Assembly (NCBI GenBank): GCA_965230295.1
Contig: OZ246001.1
Coordinates: 3,264,001 to 3,328,000, forward strand
Source of the DNA: Marinicella sp.
Lineage (GTDB): Bacteria > Pseudomonadota > Gammaproteobacteria > Xanthomonadales > Marinicellaceae
Length of the DNA stretch: 64,000 bases
Reading direction: 5' to 3'
Positions 29,921 through 40,411 of the stretch are shown here, piece after piece. The position numbers and the translations under genes were made by a program. The first letter of the stretch is position 1; every line of letters begins with the position of its first letter. The notes under the pieces were generated by a model. That model saw only the letters and a program-made list of their open reading frames with translations, made no database searches and was not told the origin of the DNA.

Positions 29921-30455
29921 AATGAACAACGGTTTGAAACTCAGCTTATTGGTTGCGGTTACGGTTTTGAATCTATTTTTACCAGTCACACATGCGAAAA
30001 ACAATGTGGTGGAAAGCGATGTGGCCATAAAGTCCGAAGTCAAGCAGTTTTTTGACACTTACTTAAAGACCTATAACCAACGCTTTGGGCGACCTGACAG
30101 AACTGAATCGTTCATCAATTCACTGTCAAACTTGGTTCATCAACCTTTTATCATGTCACCACCAACGGGTGCACCTTTTCAACCTAAGGATCAAGCAGCT
30201 TTTACCCAGGTATTTAACGGGTTTGTTCAACAACTTGAAAAGAAAGGTGCGGTAAAATTGACATGGAAATCGGTTGATTTTGAAATCCTGTCTCCCAATA
30301 AAGTCTTGGCCAATAACATTGGAATTGCCACGAATGTAAAGGGTGATGTGATCTATGAAACCATTTCAGTCTATTTATTGTATCGCAGTGAAGATGGCTG
30401 GAAAATTGTCTTGTTCAGTCCTTATGAACTTGAACGCAGTGTGGTTTTGAATTGA
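29907..30455 (+). CDS. Exported hypothetical protein, possibly NTF2/SnoaL-like fold
   Basis: Signal peptide ending THA; C-terminal YLLYRSEDGWKIV strand typical of NTF2-like proteins. Confidence 0.7.
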   Translation: MKTLKMNNGLKLSLLVAVTVLNLFLPVTHAKNNVVESDVAIKSEVKQFFDTYLKTYNQRFGRPDRTESFINSLSNLVHQPFIMSPPTGAPFQPKDQAAFTQVFNGFVQQLEKKGAVKLTWKSVDFEILSPNKVLANNIGIATNVKGDVIYETISVYLLYRSEDGWKIVLFSPYELERSVVLN

Positions 30456-30659
30456 TCTTACAAACATTATTTGAGTGGGCCCAAAGAAATGTTCTTTGGG
30501 CTTCATGTTCATCAGGTGAAAGTTTCATTGCTGAGCAAAGCCACGCCATCTGCGGAGAATTGCTCATCAGTTTGACAGTGGAATCGACAAACGTCTGATC
30601 GGTCATGTTGGAGTTGATTCGTTAGTCACATCAGGGCCCATGTTGTGTATTAACAACAA

Positions 30660-31502
30660 TCAGGCCGATAGCCTGACTGAGATCTCTTTCAGGCGGATCA
30701 ATTGTTGGATTTGTAGTGGTAACATGATGATGTTTTCAATGTAATCCAAGACATACATTAATACCGAAAAAACCAGCCCATACTTCAGCACCCCAGCTTC
30801 AATAACGGTTATTGGTGCATAGAGGAATAGGGCAATGGCTGCCAGCCAAATGATCAAATAATTAAATGTTTCCAAATCCGAAAGCTTGATATTCCACAGC
30901 ATCAGACTGTTAAAGTGCCGAGCGATCAAAGCAGGCTCTTTTTTTTCAATCACCAGAACTTGCTTTTCCAGCTGGTTGTTGTATTTTCTATTAAGCGTGA
31001 AGTTCAGTTTGCCAGTGAAAAGATAAACCAGTATGATCACCAACATCAGTGTTAGACAAGCCCAAAAAACATTAAGATTCAGGTTGGCAATGATGATCAA
31101 TATACCTAGTAATGCAATGATTCCGCCAATTGCGGTTGGCATAGAATCTTCTAAAAAATCAATGAACTCTGTTAATAGGCTTGAGCGGGCAGATATTTTT
31201 GAAGTTGAGCTGTTCTTGTGTAATTCATTGTCCACCATTTCAGGTGCAATCTGACAATAGATGCCGGAATAAATTCGGGTGTCATAAAACCGGCGAGCAC
31301 TGCCAAATACCAATGAGGCCAATCCCAGCAAAGCCAAATTGATGATACCATCATATTTTTGTTCGAGTAAGTCATTGATCGCAAGACCAATGAACAGTGG
31401 AAAAAGTACACTTAACAATGATTCGATGACAACCAAAGCCACAGTGAAAGATATCCGCCATTTGAATTGTTTGATGAGTTTTTTGATTGAAATTTTATAC
31501 AT
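30660..31502 (-). CDS. ABC-transporter six-TM-domain protein without a nucleotide-binding domain
   Basis: PLFIGLAINDLL, RRFYDTRIY, AR..L..EFIDFLE and L.EIS.R; no Walker motifs. Confidence 0.8.
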   Translation of the reverse strand: MYKISIKKLIKQFKWRISFTVALVVIESLLSVLFPLFIGLAINDLLEQKYDGIINLALLGLASLVFGSARRFYDTRIYSGIYCQIAPEMVDNELHKNSSTSKISARSSLLTEFIDFLEDSMPTAIGGIIALLGILIIIANLNLNVFWACLTLMLVIILVYLFTGKLNFTLNRKYNNQLEKQVLVIEKKEPALIARHFNSLMLWNIKLSDLETFNYLIIWLAAIALFLYAPITVIEAGVLKYGLVFSVLMYVLDYIENIIMLPLQIQQLIRLKEISVRLSA

Positions 31503-31554
31503 AATTAGTTTTTAGAGAGACTTTTTCAAGAACAAAACCATGCCAGTAAGCGGG

Positions 31555-32124
31555 TTATTTTGGTTTGATTCCTTGATTGAGGGACCTGAATGCATACTCA
31601 GCAACCTCTTCAAAAGAGTTTTGATGTGCTTTCTGTGACACGTATCCGGCATAAAACAAACCTTCTATCATGTTCACAACCCAAGTAGAGGGCAGTGATT
31701 GACAGATGCTGCCTTCGGCTTTGCCCATGTTAACCAGATCCAACATTTCTTTTTCCTGTCGTTCCAAAATAGCCATCACATCTGTGTCTTCTTCTGCCCA
31801 ATGTCCTAAATTCGCTAAAAACTGAAACTCCTGAGTTAATGGCATGGCCAATTTAAACAATAAGCGGATGGCGTCAATGGCTGAGGTGGCCTGTTGATCA
31901 ATCGGCCCGGTGGCTTCATCGAATCGTTCCAGGCAAAAAAAGGCTATCGACCTGATGAGTTTTTCTCGATTGTTGAACAATCGATACAGCGTGGCCCTAC
32001 CCACACCTGCATGGGCGGCAATGTCGCTGAAAGAAGCCTCTTTATTGACATTGAGTAGTTCCATTCCTGCCTTCAACAAGGCTTTTTGTGAGCGGATGAT
32101 TCTGGCATCCAATTTGGGACTCAT
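31555..32124 (-). CDS. TetR/AcrR-family regulator
   Basis: SDIAAHAGVGRATLYRLF HTH. Confidence 0.95.
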   Translation of the reverse strand: MSPKLDARIIRSQKALLKAGMELLNVNKEASFSDIAAHAGVGRATLYRLFNNREKLIRSIAFFCLERFDEATGPIDQQATSAIDAIRLLFKLAMPLTQEFQFLANLGHWAEEDTDVMAILERQEKEMLDLVNMGKAEGSICQSLPSTWVVNMIEGLFYAGYVSQKAHQNSFEEVAEYAFRSLNQGIKPK

Positions 32125-32173
32125 GGTTAAGATTTTGTGGTTAGCTTGAAAAACTTGTATTCTACCCCAAATC

Positions 32174-32203
32174 TATTTATGATACAAATATGTCTCATAA
32201 ATA
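32174..32203. promoter_or_regulatory. Putative TetR operator
   Basis: TATTTATGATACA-N4-TGTCTCATAAATA: 13-bp inverted repeat with one mismatch, between tetR and the divergent efflux operon. Confidence 0.75.
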
Positions 32204-32221
32204 TTTAATTTTGGAGTTGAT

Positions 32222-33334
32222 GTGAAAGCTAAAATTTGGAAAACATTGATCGCAACCGGTTTTGTCTTACTGGTGATGTGGATCTTGACTGAGGACCATC
32301 ATCAGTCAATAAACTCAGATGAACAGCAAGCCATTATGCTTGTGTCAACCTTAGAAGTTAATCCACAAAACACAGCATTCAGTGTAGAAACAACCGGGGT
32401 GACCTGGTCTCGATGGCCAACAGAAACCATTGCTTCTTTCAGTGGTCGGATCAAAAAAATTCCAGATCTGACAGAACCGGGTAATTTGGTTAAAGCCGGT
32501 CAATCACTGGTCGATGTATTTAATTCTTCTTATGAATCTGATGTGGCAGCTGTCCAGGCCAGGGTGGCTCGGGCCGAACTGGAATTGTCAAGAATGAAAC
32601 ATGAACAACATGTCAAAAAACAAATTTCTGTAGGCACGAAGTTAACTTCATTCGGTCGATTAGAACCCCATGTGAAAGCAACCGAAGCTGAACTGTCGGC
32701 AGCCAAATCTGCCCTTATACATGTGCAACAACTGTTAGAGGATACCCTTGTCAAAGCACCATTTGATGCTGTGATTTTGGATAAAAAAGTATCTCCGGGC
32801 CAATGGGTTAATAACGGTGATGTGTTGTTAGCTATAGCTGCCAGCAATTTCATTGATGTACAAGTGGAGCTTTCAGCCACACAATGGTATCAATTAGACA
32901 ACTTGGCTGTGGGCACAGAAGTCCATGTTACCGACCCCCGTGGTCAAGTGTGGCCAGGCAAAATCCGGTACTTAAGTCCCATCATGAACGCCGCTACACG
33001 ACAACGGAGTCTCATGCTAGAAGTGCCCAACCCTTATGAGGGTGAAGCACCCTTGCTGCCTGGCCAACAAGTGGATGTGAAATTCAAGGGCATGGAACAA
33101 AATGATGTGGTTGTAGCCCCGGCATCTGTGTTGACCCAGGATGGACAGGTGTGGTCAGTGAATGGTGGTGTATTGAACCTTGAAAACATCCAAATACTCA
33201 ATGAACAAGCGGAATCAGTCACTTTTCGTTACCTTCAGAAACCGCAAAAAGCACGTACTTTGGTTTTGTATCCGCTAAGCACCATGCTGACAGGCCAAAG
33301 GGTTAAGGTACAAAAGCGGGAAAATAACTCATGA
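32222..33334 (+). CDS. RND periplasmic adaptor subunit
   Basis: N-terminal anchor; SGRI...GNLVKAGQSL; VKAPFDAVI...PGQWV. Confidence 0.92.
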   Translation: MKAKIWKTLIATGFVLLVMWILTEDHHQSINSDEQQAIMLVSTLEVNPQNTAFSVETTGVTWSRWPTETIASFSGRIKKIPDLTEPGNLVKAGQSLVDVFNSSYESDVAAVQARVARAELELSRMKHEQHVKKQISVGTKLTSFGRLEPHVKATEAELSAAKSALIHVQQLLEDTLVKAPFDAVILDKKVSPGQWVNNGDVLLAIAASNFIDVQVELSATQWYQLDNLAVGTEVHVTDPRGQVWPGKIRYLSPIMNAATRQRSLMLEVPNPYEGEAPLLPGQQVDVKFKGMEQNDVVVAPASVLTQDGQVWSVNGGVLNLENIQILNEQAESVTFRYLQKPQKARTLVLYPLSTMLTGQRVKVQKRENNS

Positions 33335-36300
33335 AAGCAATCACAGAATGGTTTTTAGACAACCCGGTAGCCGCCAACTTGTTGATGGTTTTTATTCTGA
33401 TAGCAGGGTACTTGTCTTTTCAGAATCTACGGGTAGAAAGCTTTCCACAAATACCACCCACTCGTTTGGTGGTGGAAGTCACGTACCCAGGTGGCACCGC
33501 CAAACAGGTGGATGAAGGCATCACCCAACGTATTGAGGATGCCATCAGTGGCGTTGCAGGCATCAAAAGTATCAACAGCCAATCCAGCCGGGGAGGCGCC
33601 ATCGTCAGGGTTGAAAAGAATACCGGAATCAAGCTGGATCGGTTGATAGAAGATGTTCGCAACCAAGTCGAAGGGATTGTGGGATTTCCCGAGAACGCCC
33701 ACCGCCCGCGAATATACCGTGATGAATACGGGAACCTGGCTACATTTGTGATCATCTATGGTGGCAATGACCCAGACACACTACAAACTGTATCCGGGCG
33801 AGTACAAAATGCCCTGAAAGGTCACAAAAGTATCTCTCATGTGGCCAATCTGGGAAAACGTCAGCGTGAATTGGTGATCGAACCCAACACCGAAGCACTG
33901 AAAAAATATGGCTTGAACGCACAAGCCCTGGCCAACAGCATCAGCCAATGGTCACTTGAGTACCGCAGCGGACAATTAAAAACAGCTCAAGGCACCATCA
34001 CTTTGAGAGGCGATGGTTATGCCGACAACCTCAGTGAACTGGAAAGCTTGCCAGTGATCGTGACAAACCAATCAATCGTCAGACTTAAAGATGTGGCCAC
34101 CATAACAAGGGGGTTTCGCCAAACTGACAGCATCGTCAGGTTCCAGGGCGAACAAGCCATCGCGCTACTGGTTTCTACCAGTCAGAAAGACAATTTGTTG
34201 AAAATCAGTCAAGCCGTCAAACAAACCCTCAAAGAGGTGCGAACCACACTGCCCGATGACATGGATGCTGTGATGATGGCTGACATGGCTCCTTACATCA
34301 ATGAACAGCTGGACTTGCTGGGTACCAATGCGTGGCAAGGCCTGCTGATTGTGATGGTGTTACTGGGCATATTCCTGGAGCTTAAACTGGCTTTCTGGGT
34401 GGCGTTGGGTATCCCCATTTCTTTGGCTGGTGCTGTTTCGCTGATGGGCTTAGGACCTTTTGATTACAGCATCAATGACATCACACTTTTTGGGATGATT
34501 TTGGTATTGGGGATTTTGGTTGATGATGCAGTTGTGGTAGGCGAAAGCATTCATGAGGCAAGAAAAACAACACCCGACCCCAAAGAAGCAGCCAGCAAAG
34601 GAGTGGAGTCGGTCGCTGTTGCAACTGTATTTGGTGTGCTCACAACCATCGCCGCCTTTTCACCCATGTTGTGGATAGAAAATGAGTTGGCCAAGGTGCT
34701 GGCAGGTTTTTCAGCGGTGGTGATCTTTGCGCTGATTTTTTCCTTGATAGAAAGTAAGTTCATTTTACCCTCTCATCTGAGTTCAGGCCCAAGAGACAGC
34801 AAGAGCCACCTGTTCAAAACATGGCTGCTCAAAATCCGGGGGGGGTGCATCGGGGGACTAAAAAAATTCAATCAAGGCATTTACCAACCAACATTGCGTG
34901 TGGCCTTGACACATAAAGGTGCGTCGTTGTTGTTGTTTTTAACCCTTGTACTGGGTGCTTACGGTGCATTGATGAAGGGCAACATTCGTTCGGTTTTTTT
35001 TCCTGAGATCCCGGGGCGATACGCCACCTTAACTATTACCATGGATCAAGATGCCGCTTTGTCATTAACTCAGCAACATGTGATGCATTTAGAGCGTTCG
35101 CTGCAATTGACCAACGATCACATGAAAGAAGAATTTGGCTTGAATGAACCACCCGTCGAAAAATATTTAATATCCGTGGAGGGAGCCGAATCCCTTGAGT
35201 TAACTGCAGAGCTTTCAAAACAGGCATTGGCCAGTATACCCAGCGAATATTTCTTACAACAATGGCAACAGCAAACCGGTCCTATTGAAGGCAGTTATGC
35301 AGTTAAATACACCTTGGCTGATGAGCCCGCCGGTGGCACGGGCATCACCATTGCAGCCGAAAACCGGGATGTGGCCAGGCATGTGGCACAGATACTCAAA
35401 AAACAATTGGCTTCATTACCAGGGGTGATGAATGTGTATGATGACAGCCAGAGTGGTAAGCGGCAATTGCAGGTGCGATTGAATGATCGCGGGATCCAGC
35501 TGGGTGTTGACCAACAGCAGATAGCGACTTTGGTTGGTGGTGCTTATGGTGAAATAGAGGTTCACAGGTTGCTGGAAGGTGGTGAGGAGAATCTGGTGTT
35601 ACTGCGTTTACCTGAGGCACAAAAGAAAACCGCCGAACAATTAAAGGCCACGCCAGTTTTTATAGATAAAGACAACTATGTCAGTTTAGGAGAGATCACT
35701 CACTTTGAATATTCACGAGAACCTGAAGTACTGTATCGCCGCAATAGGGATGAGGTGGTCAGTGTCTATTGGCGGCAAAACCGTGACATCAGTTCACCGC
35801 AAGAAACTTGGAAAATCATGCAAGCAAACTTTTTGCCAGAACTGAATCAACAGTACCCGGATGTGAAAATTGAAGCAGTAGGCGAGTATGCTGAAATTGC
35901 AGATGTTCAGGATGGCTTTAAAAAGGCAATGATCTTAACCTTGTTATTGATCTATGTTTTGTTGGCCATTCCGCTCAAATCCTACTGGCAACCGTTCATC
36001 ATCATGTCGGTGATTCCCTTCGGCTTTGCGGGTGCCATTTATGGCCATGGCGTGATGGATTTGTCTGTCAGCTTGTTGTCACTGTTTGGGATGATGGCCA
36101 TGACGGGCGTGGTGATCAACGACTCTCTGGTCTTGATGACACGTTTCAATCAACTTCATCGATCTGGTATGGAAGTCAAAGAGGCTCTGATCGAAGCAGG
36201 AAAAAGCAGGCTTCAGGCCATTTTCCTTACCACGGTGACGACGGTTTGCGGCTTGTTGCCGCTGCTGAGTGAAACCTCAGAACAAGCTCAATACCTGAAA

Positions 36301-36417
36301 CCTGCTGCAGTGTCTCTGGTGTTTGGTGAATTATTTGCTACTCCGATCACCTTGATCCTTATTCCTGTGTTGCTCAAGTTTGGTAGATATCAATCAGATC
36401 AAAAAGTGATCAGTTAA
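33331..36417 (+). CDS. RND efflux transporter permease
   Basis: NPVAANLLM, GILVDDAVVVGE, GVVINDSLVL and RLQAIFLTTVTT. Confidence 0.95.
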   Translation: MKAITEWFLDNPVAANLLMVFILIAGYLSFQNLRVESFPQIPPTRLVVEVTYPGGTAKQVDEGITQRIEDAISGVAGIKSINSQSSRGGAIVRVEKNTGIKLDRLIEDVRNQVEGIVGFPENAHRPRIYRDEYGNLATFVIIYGGNDPDTLQTVSGRVQNALKGHKSISHVANLGKRQRELVIEPNTEALKKYGLNAQALANSISQWSLEYRSGQLKTAQGTITLRGDGYADNLSELESLPVIVTNQSIVRLKDVATITRGFRQTDSIVRFQGEQAIALLVSTSQKDNLLKISQAVKQTLKEVRTTLPDDMDAVMMADMAPYINEQLDLLGTNAWQGLLIVMVLLGIFLELKLAFWVALGIPISLAGAVSLMGLGPFDYSINDITLFGMILVLGILVDDAVVVGESIHEARKTTPDPKEAASKGVESVAVATVFGVLTTIAAFSPMLWIENELAKVLAGFSAVVIFALIFSLIESKFILPSHLSSGPRDSKSHLFKTWLLKIRGGCIGGLKKFNQGIYQPTLRVALTHKGASLLLFLTLVLGAYGALMKGNIRSVFFPEIPGRYATLTITMDQDAALSLTQQHVMHLERSLQLTNDHMKEEFGLNEPPVEKYLISVEGAESLELTAELSKQALASIPSEYFLQQWQQQTGPIEGSYAVKYTLADEPAGGTGITIAAENRDVARHVAQILKKQLASLPGVMNVYDDSQSGKRQLQVRLNDRGIQLGVDQQQIATLVGGAYGEIEVHRLLEGGEENLVLLRLPEAQKKTAEQLKATPVFIDKDNYVSLGEITHFEYSREPEVLYRRNRDEVVSVYWRQNRDISSPQETWKIMQANFLPELNQQYPDVKIEAVGEYAEIADVQDGFKKAMILTLLLIYVLLAIPLKSYWQPFIIMSVIPFGFAGAIYGHGVMDLSVSLLSLFGMMAMTGVVINDSLVLMTRFNQLHRSGMEVKEALIEAGKSRLQAIFLTTVTTVCGLLPLLSETSEQAQYLKPAAVSLVFGELFATPITLILIPVLLKFGRYQSDQKVIS

Positions 36418-36535
36418 AGAGGAGCTTGGCATGTTTGCTGCACGAACTGGATTCAAGGTTCAAGCCAGAAGGGAAAGGCTGTAAAGGATTGGCTCAATCC
36501 TCACAGCCTTTTAAAATCATCGAGATTAGTTCAAA

Positions 36536-36721
36536 TTATTCTTTGAATTTAGGGCTTACATACCTTTTCCAAATGATATCACCTTCAGTTTTGTCAAAGC
36601 CTCCTGAATATACACTCCCGTCTCGAGTATCGAGAAGAAATGCTTCAAGTAAATTGGATTCTGGGTTAAGCACAACTGTGAATGAATAGGTACCAATTGC
36701 TTGTTCTTTGTTGCTAGTCAT
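36536..36721 (-). CDS. small hypothetical protein (61 aa)
   Basis: GGGGA RBS before the ATG; protein-like sequence in an AT-rich gap. Confidence 0.5.
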   Translation of the reverse strand: MTSNKEQAIGTYSFTVVLNPESNLLEAFLLDTRDGSVYSGGFDKTEGDIIWKRYVSPKFKE

Positions 36722-37043
36722 TTTCTATTCCCCTAAAAAAGTTCATTAATCGTTAATAATATGGTCAGCAATTCGTTTTTGGCTTATAAATAATTGCCAA
36801 TAACAGGTGCAGGTATATAGATTAATGAACTTAACAAGCGGAATATCTCATTAAAAATATGCTTTTCTACTGATTTTGTTAAAATTCCTGGTTTTCTTTC
36901 CAACCTTTACTCTCCAAGTGGAGAAAATATATGCTTCGCCGTGGTGACTACCGTTGAATTCCTGTTGTTCATGACTCTTGCAGTATTCATGTGCCTTGAT
37001 GGTGATCTGGGTTTGCAGTATCTTGTCTCAGAATGACCTCAGT

Positions 37044-38177
37044 TTATTGTCCCACCAAAGCCAACAACACACCGGCAGCAACCGCAGAACCAAGGACGCC
37101 GGCCACATTGGGCCCCATGGCATGCATTAATAGGTGGTTTCTGGGGTTGGCTTCGGTGCCCAACTTGTTGGCCACACGTGCCGCCATGGGGACGGCAGAA
37201 ACACCCGCAGCGCCAATCAAAGGATTGATGGGGTCTTTGGACAGTTTATTCATGACTTTGGCCATGATGACTCCTGTGGCGGTTCCAATGGAAAAGGCAA
37301 CAATACCAAGTCCCAGAATTCCTAAGGTCTCCAAATTCAGAAATTGATCAGCGCTGAGTTTTGAACCAACGCCCAATCCTAAAAATATGGTCACAATATT
37401 GATCAACTCATTCTGGGCGGTCTTATTCAATCGCTCAACCACACCAGCTTCACGCATCAGATTGCCTAAACAAAACATCCCGATCAATGGTGTGGCTGCG
37501 GGTAGGAAGAAAATGGTTAGCAGCAGTACGCCCAATGGGAAGATGACTTTCTCTACTTTGGTCACATGCCGCAATTGGACCATTTCAGTTTTGCGTTCTT
37601 GTTCATTGGTCAGTGCGCGCATGATGGGTGGCTGAATAATGGGTACCAAGGCCATGTATGAATAGGCCGCCACTGCAATGGCGCCGAGTAAATCCGGTGC
37701 CAGTTTTGATGCCAGGAAGATGGCGGTTGGTCCATCGGCACCACCAATGATGGCAATGGCAGCGGCATCCTGGATGCTGAACTCTATGCCTGGTACAGCA
37801 TTCAAGGCAATGGCACCAAATAAGGTAGAGAAAATACCAAACTGAGCAGCCGCACCCAATAACAGCATTTTGGGATTGGCAATCAAAGCGCCGAAATCTG
37901 TCATGGCACCGACACCCATAAAGATCAACAAGGGAAATATGCCCGTATCAATGCCGGCATAGTAGATGTAATGCAACAACCCGCCGGCTTCAGTGAAACC
38001 TGCCAATGGAATGTTGGTCAGTAATGCACCAAAACCAATGGGCAACAAGAGCAGTGGTTCGAATTTCTTAACAATGGCTAAAAACAGTAGGCCAAAACCC
38101 ACCACCATCATCACCACCTGGCCCCATTCGAAATTGGCCAAGCCTGTAGATTGCCACAGTGTATTCAAGGTTTCCAT
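37044..38177 (-). CDS. oadB: Na+-translocating oxaloacetate decarboxylase beta subunit
   Basis: [29 protein letters not shown] and [11 protein letters not shown]. Confidence 0.97.
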   Translation of the reverse strand: METLNTLWQSTGLANFEWGQVVMMVVGFGLLFLAIVKKFEPLLLLPIGFGALLTNIPLAGFTEAGGLLHYIYYAGIDTGIFPLLIFMGVGAMTDFGALIANPKMLLLGAAAQFGIFSTLFGAIALNAVPGIEFSIQDAAAIAIIGGADGPTAIFLASKLAPDLLGAIAVAAYSYMALVPIIQPPIMRALTNEQERKTEMVQLRHVTKVEKVIFPLGVLLLTIFFLPAATPLIGMFCLGNLMREAGVVERLNKTAQNELINIVTIFLGLGVGSKLSADQFLNLETLGILGLGIVAFSIGTATGVIMAKVMNKLSKDPINPLIGAAGVSAVPMAARVANKLGTEANPRNHLLMHAMGPNVAGVLGSAVAAGVLLALVGQ

Positions 38178-38183
38178 GACTGC

Positions 38184-39965
38184 TTATCCAAAGCTCACTA
38201 AGGCATCACCCACTTTGACATTGTCACCGTTTTTGATGTGAATGGCTGATACGGTTCCAGTGACGGTGGAGACCACTTCGGTTTCCATTTTCATGGCTTC
38301 CAGGACAATCAACACATCGCCTTCATTGACTGAATCACCGACATTGATGTTGATTTTAAAGATGTTGCCGGACAAGGGCGCATCCAATGTTTCACCCGAT
38401 GGAGCTGTTGGTGCAGCGGGCGTTTCTTGCACCTGAGTGATGACACCTGAGGGAGCCACTTGCACTTCATAGACTTTGCCATCAACTGTAACCGAGTAGC
38501 TTTCAATGGTCTGGTTGGCAGTGGGCGTGGTCTGAGGCGAGGAGGCAGGTGCTTGACTCGCAGCCTGCGGGGCTGGTTCAAAAGCCTCTTTGTTGTGACG
38601 ATTTTTAAGGAATTTCAATCCAATTTGGGGGAACAGCGCATAAGTTAAAACATCATCAATGACCTCATCTGCCAAGTCGATGTTTTCTTTTTTGGCCAGT
38701 TCAATAAGCTCTTGGGTCAATGAGTCGACTTCTGGTTCAAGGAGATCAGCAGGTCGGCATGTGATGGCTTCAGCACCCTCTAATACCTTGGCCTGCAGTT
38801 CTTGATTGACTTCAGCAGCGGTGGCGCCGTATTCGCCTTTAAGTACGCCAGCAGTTTCTTTGGTGATGCTCTTATAACGTTCGCCGGTCAAAACATTCAA
38901 CACTGCTTGGGTGCCGACTATCTGCGAGGTTGGGGTGACCAATGGTATATAGCCCAAGTCTTTCCTGACTTTGGGAATTTCAGTCAACACATCATTGAGT
39001 TTGTCTGCGGCCCCTTGTTCTTTGAGCTGGTTTTCCATATTGGTCAGCATGCCACCAGGTACTTGGGCGGTCAGTATCCGGGCATCGATGCCTTTCAGGC
39101 TGCCTTCAAATTGGGCGTATTTTTTGCGTACTTGGCGAAAGTAAGTGGCGACTTCTTCCAATTTTTGTAGGTCTATCCCGGTATCACGGGGCGTGTCTTC
39201 CACAATCGACACAATGGTTTCAGTGGCTGAATGGCCATAGGTCATGCTCATGGATGAGATGGCGGTGTCAATCACGTCAATATCGGCATCAATGGCTTTC
39301 ATGTGAGTGGCCACACTCAGCCCTGTGGTGGCATGGCAGTGTAAAGAGATAGGAATGTCTATGGATTTTTTTAACTCAGTGATCAGTTCAGTGGCGGCAT
39401 AAGGTTTCAGCAGGCCGGCCATGTCTTTGATGCATAAGGAGTCTGAACCCATGTCTTCCAATTGCTTAGCCATGGTTAACCAGCCAGCCAAATCGTGCAC
39501 TGGGCTGACGGTGTAGCTTAAAGTGCCTTGTGCGTGTCCGCCCACCTTATTGGCGGCCTTGATGGCTGATTGCATGTTGCGAACATCATTCATGGCATCA
39601 AAGATGCGAAACACCTCAACCCCATTTTTGTAGGATCGTTCGACAAATTTTTCCACCAAGTCATCGGCATAATGTCGATAGCCCAGTATGTTTTGTCCAC
39701 GGAACAGCATTTGCTGCTTGGTTTTGGGCATCACTTTCTTCAATTCACGGATGCGTTCCCATGGGTCTTCGCCTAAATAGCGAATGCATGAGTCAAACAC
39801 CGCACCACCCCAGGATTCAATCGACCAAAAACCAACCTCGTCAAGCACCGGTGCAATCGGCAACATATCTTCTATGCGCATTCTGGTGGCCAGTAAAGAC
39901 TGATGAGCATCTCTTAAGACCAATTCTGTGATACCAAGGGCTTTAGATTGAGGAGATTCTGACAT
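38184..39965 (-). CDS. oadA: Oxaloacetate decarboxylase alpha subunit
   Basis: [34 protein letters not shown] and biotin site EAMKM; start at 39965. Confidence 0.97.
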   Translation of the reverse strand: MSESPQSKALGITELVLRDAHQSLLATRMRIEDMLPIAPVLDEVGFWSIESWGGAVFDSCIRYLGEDPWERIRELKKVMPKTKQQMLFRGQNILGYRHYADDLVEKFVERSYKNGVEVFRIFDAMNDVRNMQSAIKAANKVGGHAQGTLSYTVSPVHDLAGWLTMAKQLEDMGSDSLCIKDMAGLLKPYAATELITELKKSIDIPISLHCHATTGLSVATHMKAIDADIDVIDTAISSMSMTYGHSATETIVSIVEDTPRDTGIDLQKLEEVATYFRQVRKKYAQFEGSLKGIDARILTAQVPGGMLTNMENQLKEQGAADKLNDVLTEIPKVRKDLGYIPLVTPTSQIVGTQAVLNVLTGERYKSITKETAGVLKGEYGATAAEVNQELQAKVLEGAEAITCRPADLLEPEVDSLTQELIELAKKENIDLADEVIDDVLTYALFPQIGLKFLKNRHNKEAFEPAPQAASQAPASSPQTTPTANQTIESYSVTVDGKVYEVQVAPSGVITQVQETPAAPTAPSGETLDAPLSGNIFKININVGDSVNEGDVLIVLEAMKMETEVVSTVTGTVSAIHIKNGDNVKVGDALVSFG

Positions 39966-39987
39966 GGTGTGTTTTCCTGTATTGAGA

Positions 39988-40236
39988 TTATTGCTGGTGG
40001 GTCTGTCGGTATTTGTTGACCGCAACACTGATGGCTGCGATCACTGCTGAAGATGGGTTGTTTGTTTCTGTTTGGGCAGGTGGTGTTGGATCGGGGAAGT
40101 GTCTGGCCAGTGGTGAAATCAACACCTTTATCACCAAAATCAGTAGACTCAAGAATGCAAACACAAAACCCATGCCAACCATCATCAGTACAGCAGCCTG
40201 TGAAAACAGTTCAGTTGAAGCCTCTATTTCTGTCAT
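39988..40236 (-). CDS. oadG: Oxaloacetate decarboxylase gamma subunit
   Basis: [15 protein letters not shown], Pro-rich linker, VIAAISVAV; directly upstream of oadA. Confidence 0.93.
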   Translation of the reverse strand: MTEIEASTELFSQAAVLMMVGMGFVFAFLSLLILVIKVLISPLARHFPDPTPPAQTETNNPSSAVIAAISVAVNKYRQTHQQ

Positions 40237-40364
40237 AAAATAATTATAGTTATCAGCAGATTAGTAGATTATTTTCATATTTGGCCTTAAAAGCAATGAT
40301 TAATCTGATTATTTTGTGTTTAGAACCCATTCGTTGGGTCACTGGGTGATGAAACTAAAGACAA

Positions 40365-40384
40365 AGGGCCTGTAAGCAGGCCCT
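40365..40384 (-). terminator. Probable intrinsic terminator of the protease gene
   Basis: AGGGCCTG-N4-CAGGCCCT followed by TTGTCTTT on the minus strand. Confidence 0.6.
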
Positions 40385-40411
40385 GGATGATGTATGCCAG
40401 AAAACTTTCAA

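Noticed and set aside
36720-37040. AT-rich gap possibly hiding an sRNA or mobile-element scar
   Set aside because: Only weak hairpins and no repeat elsewhere in the window; not supportable.
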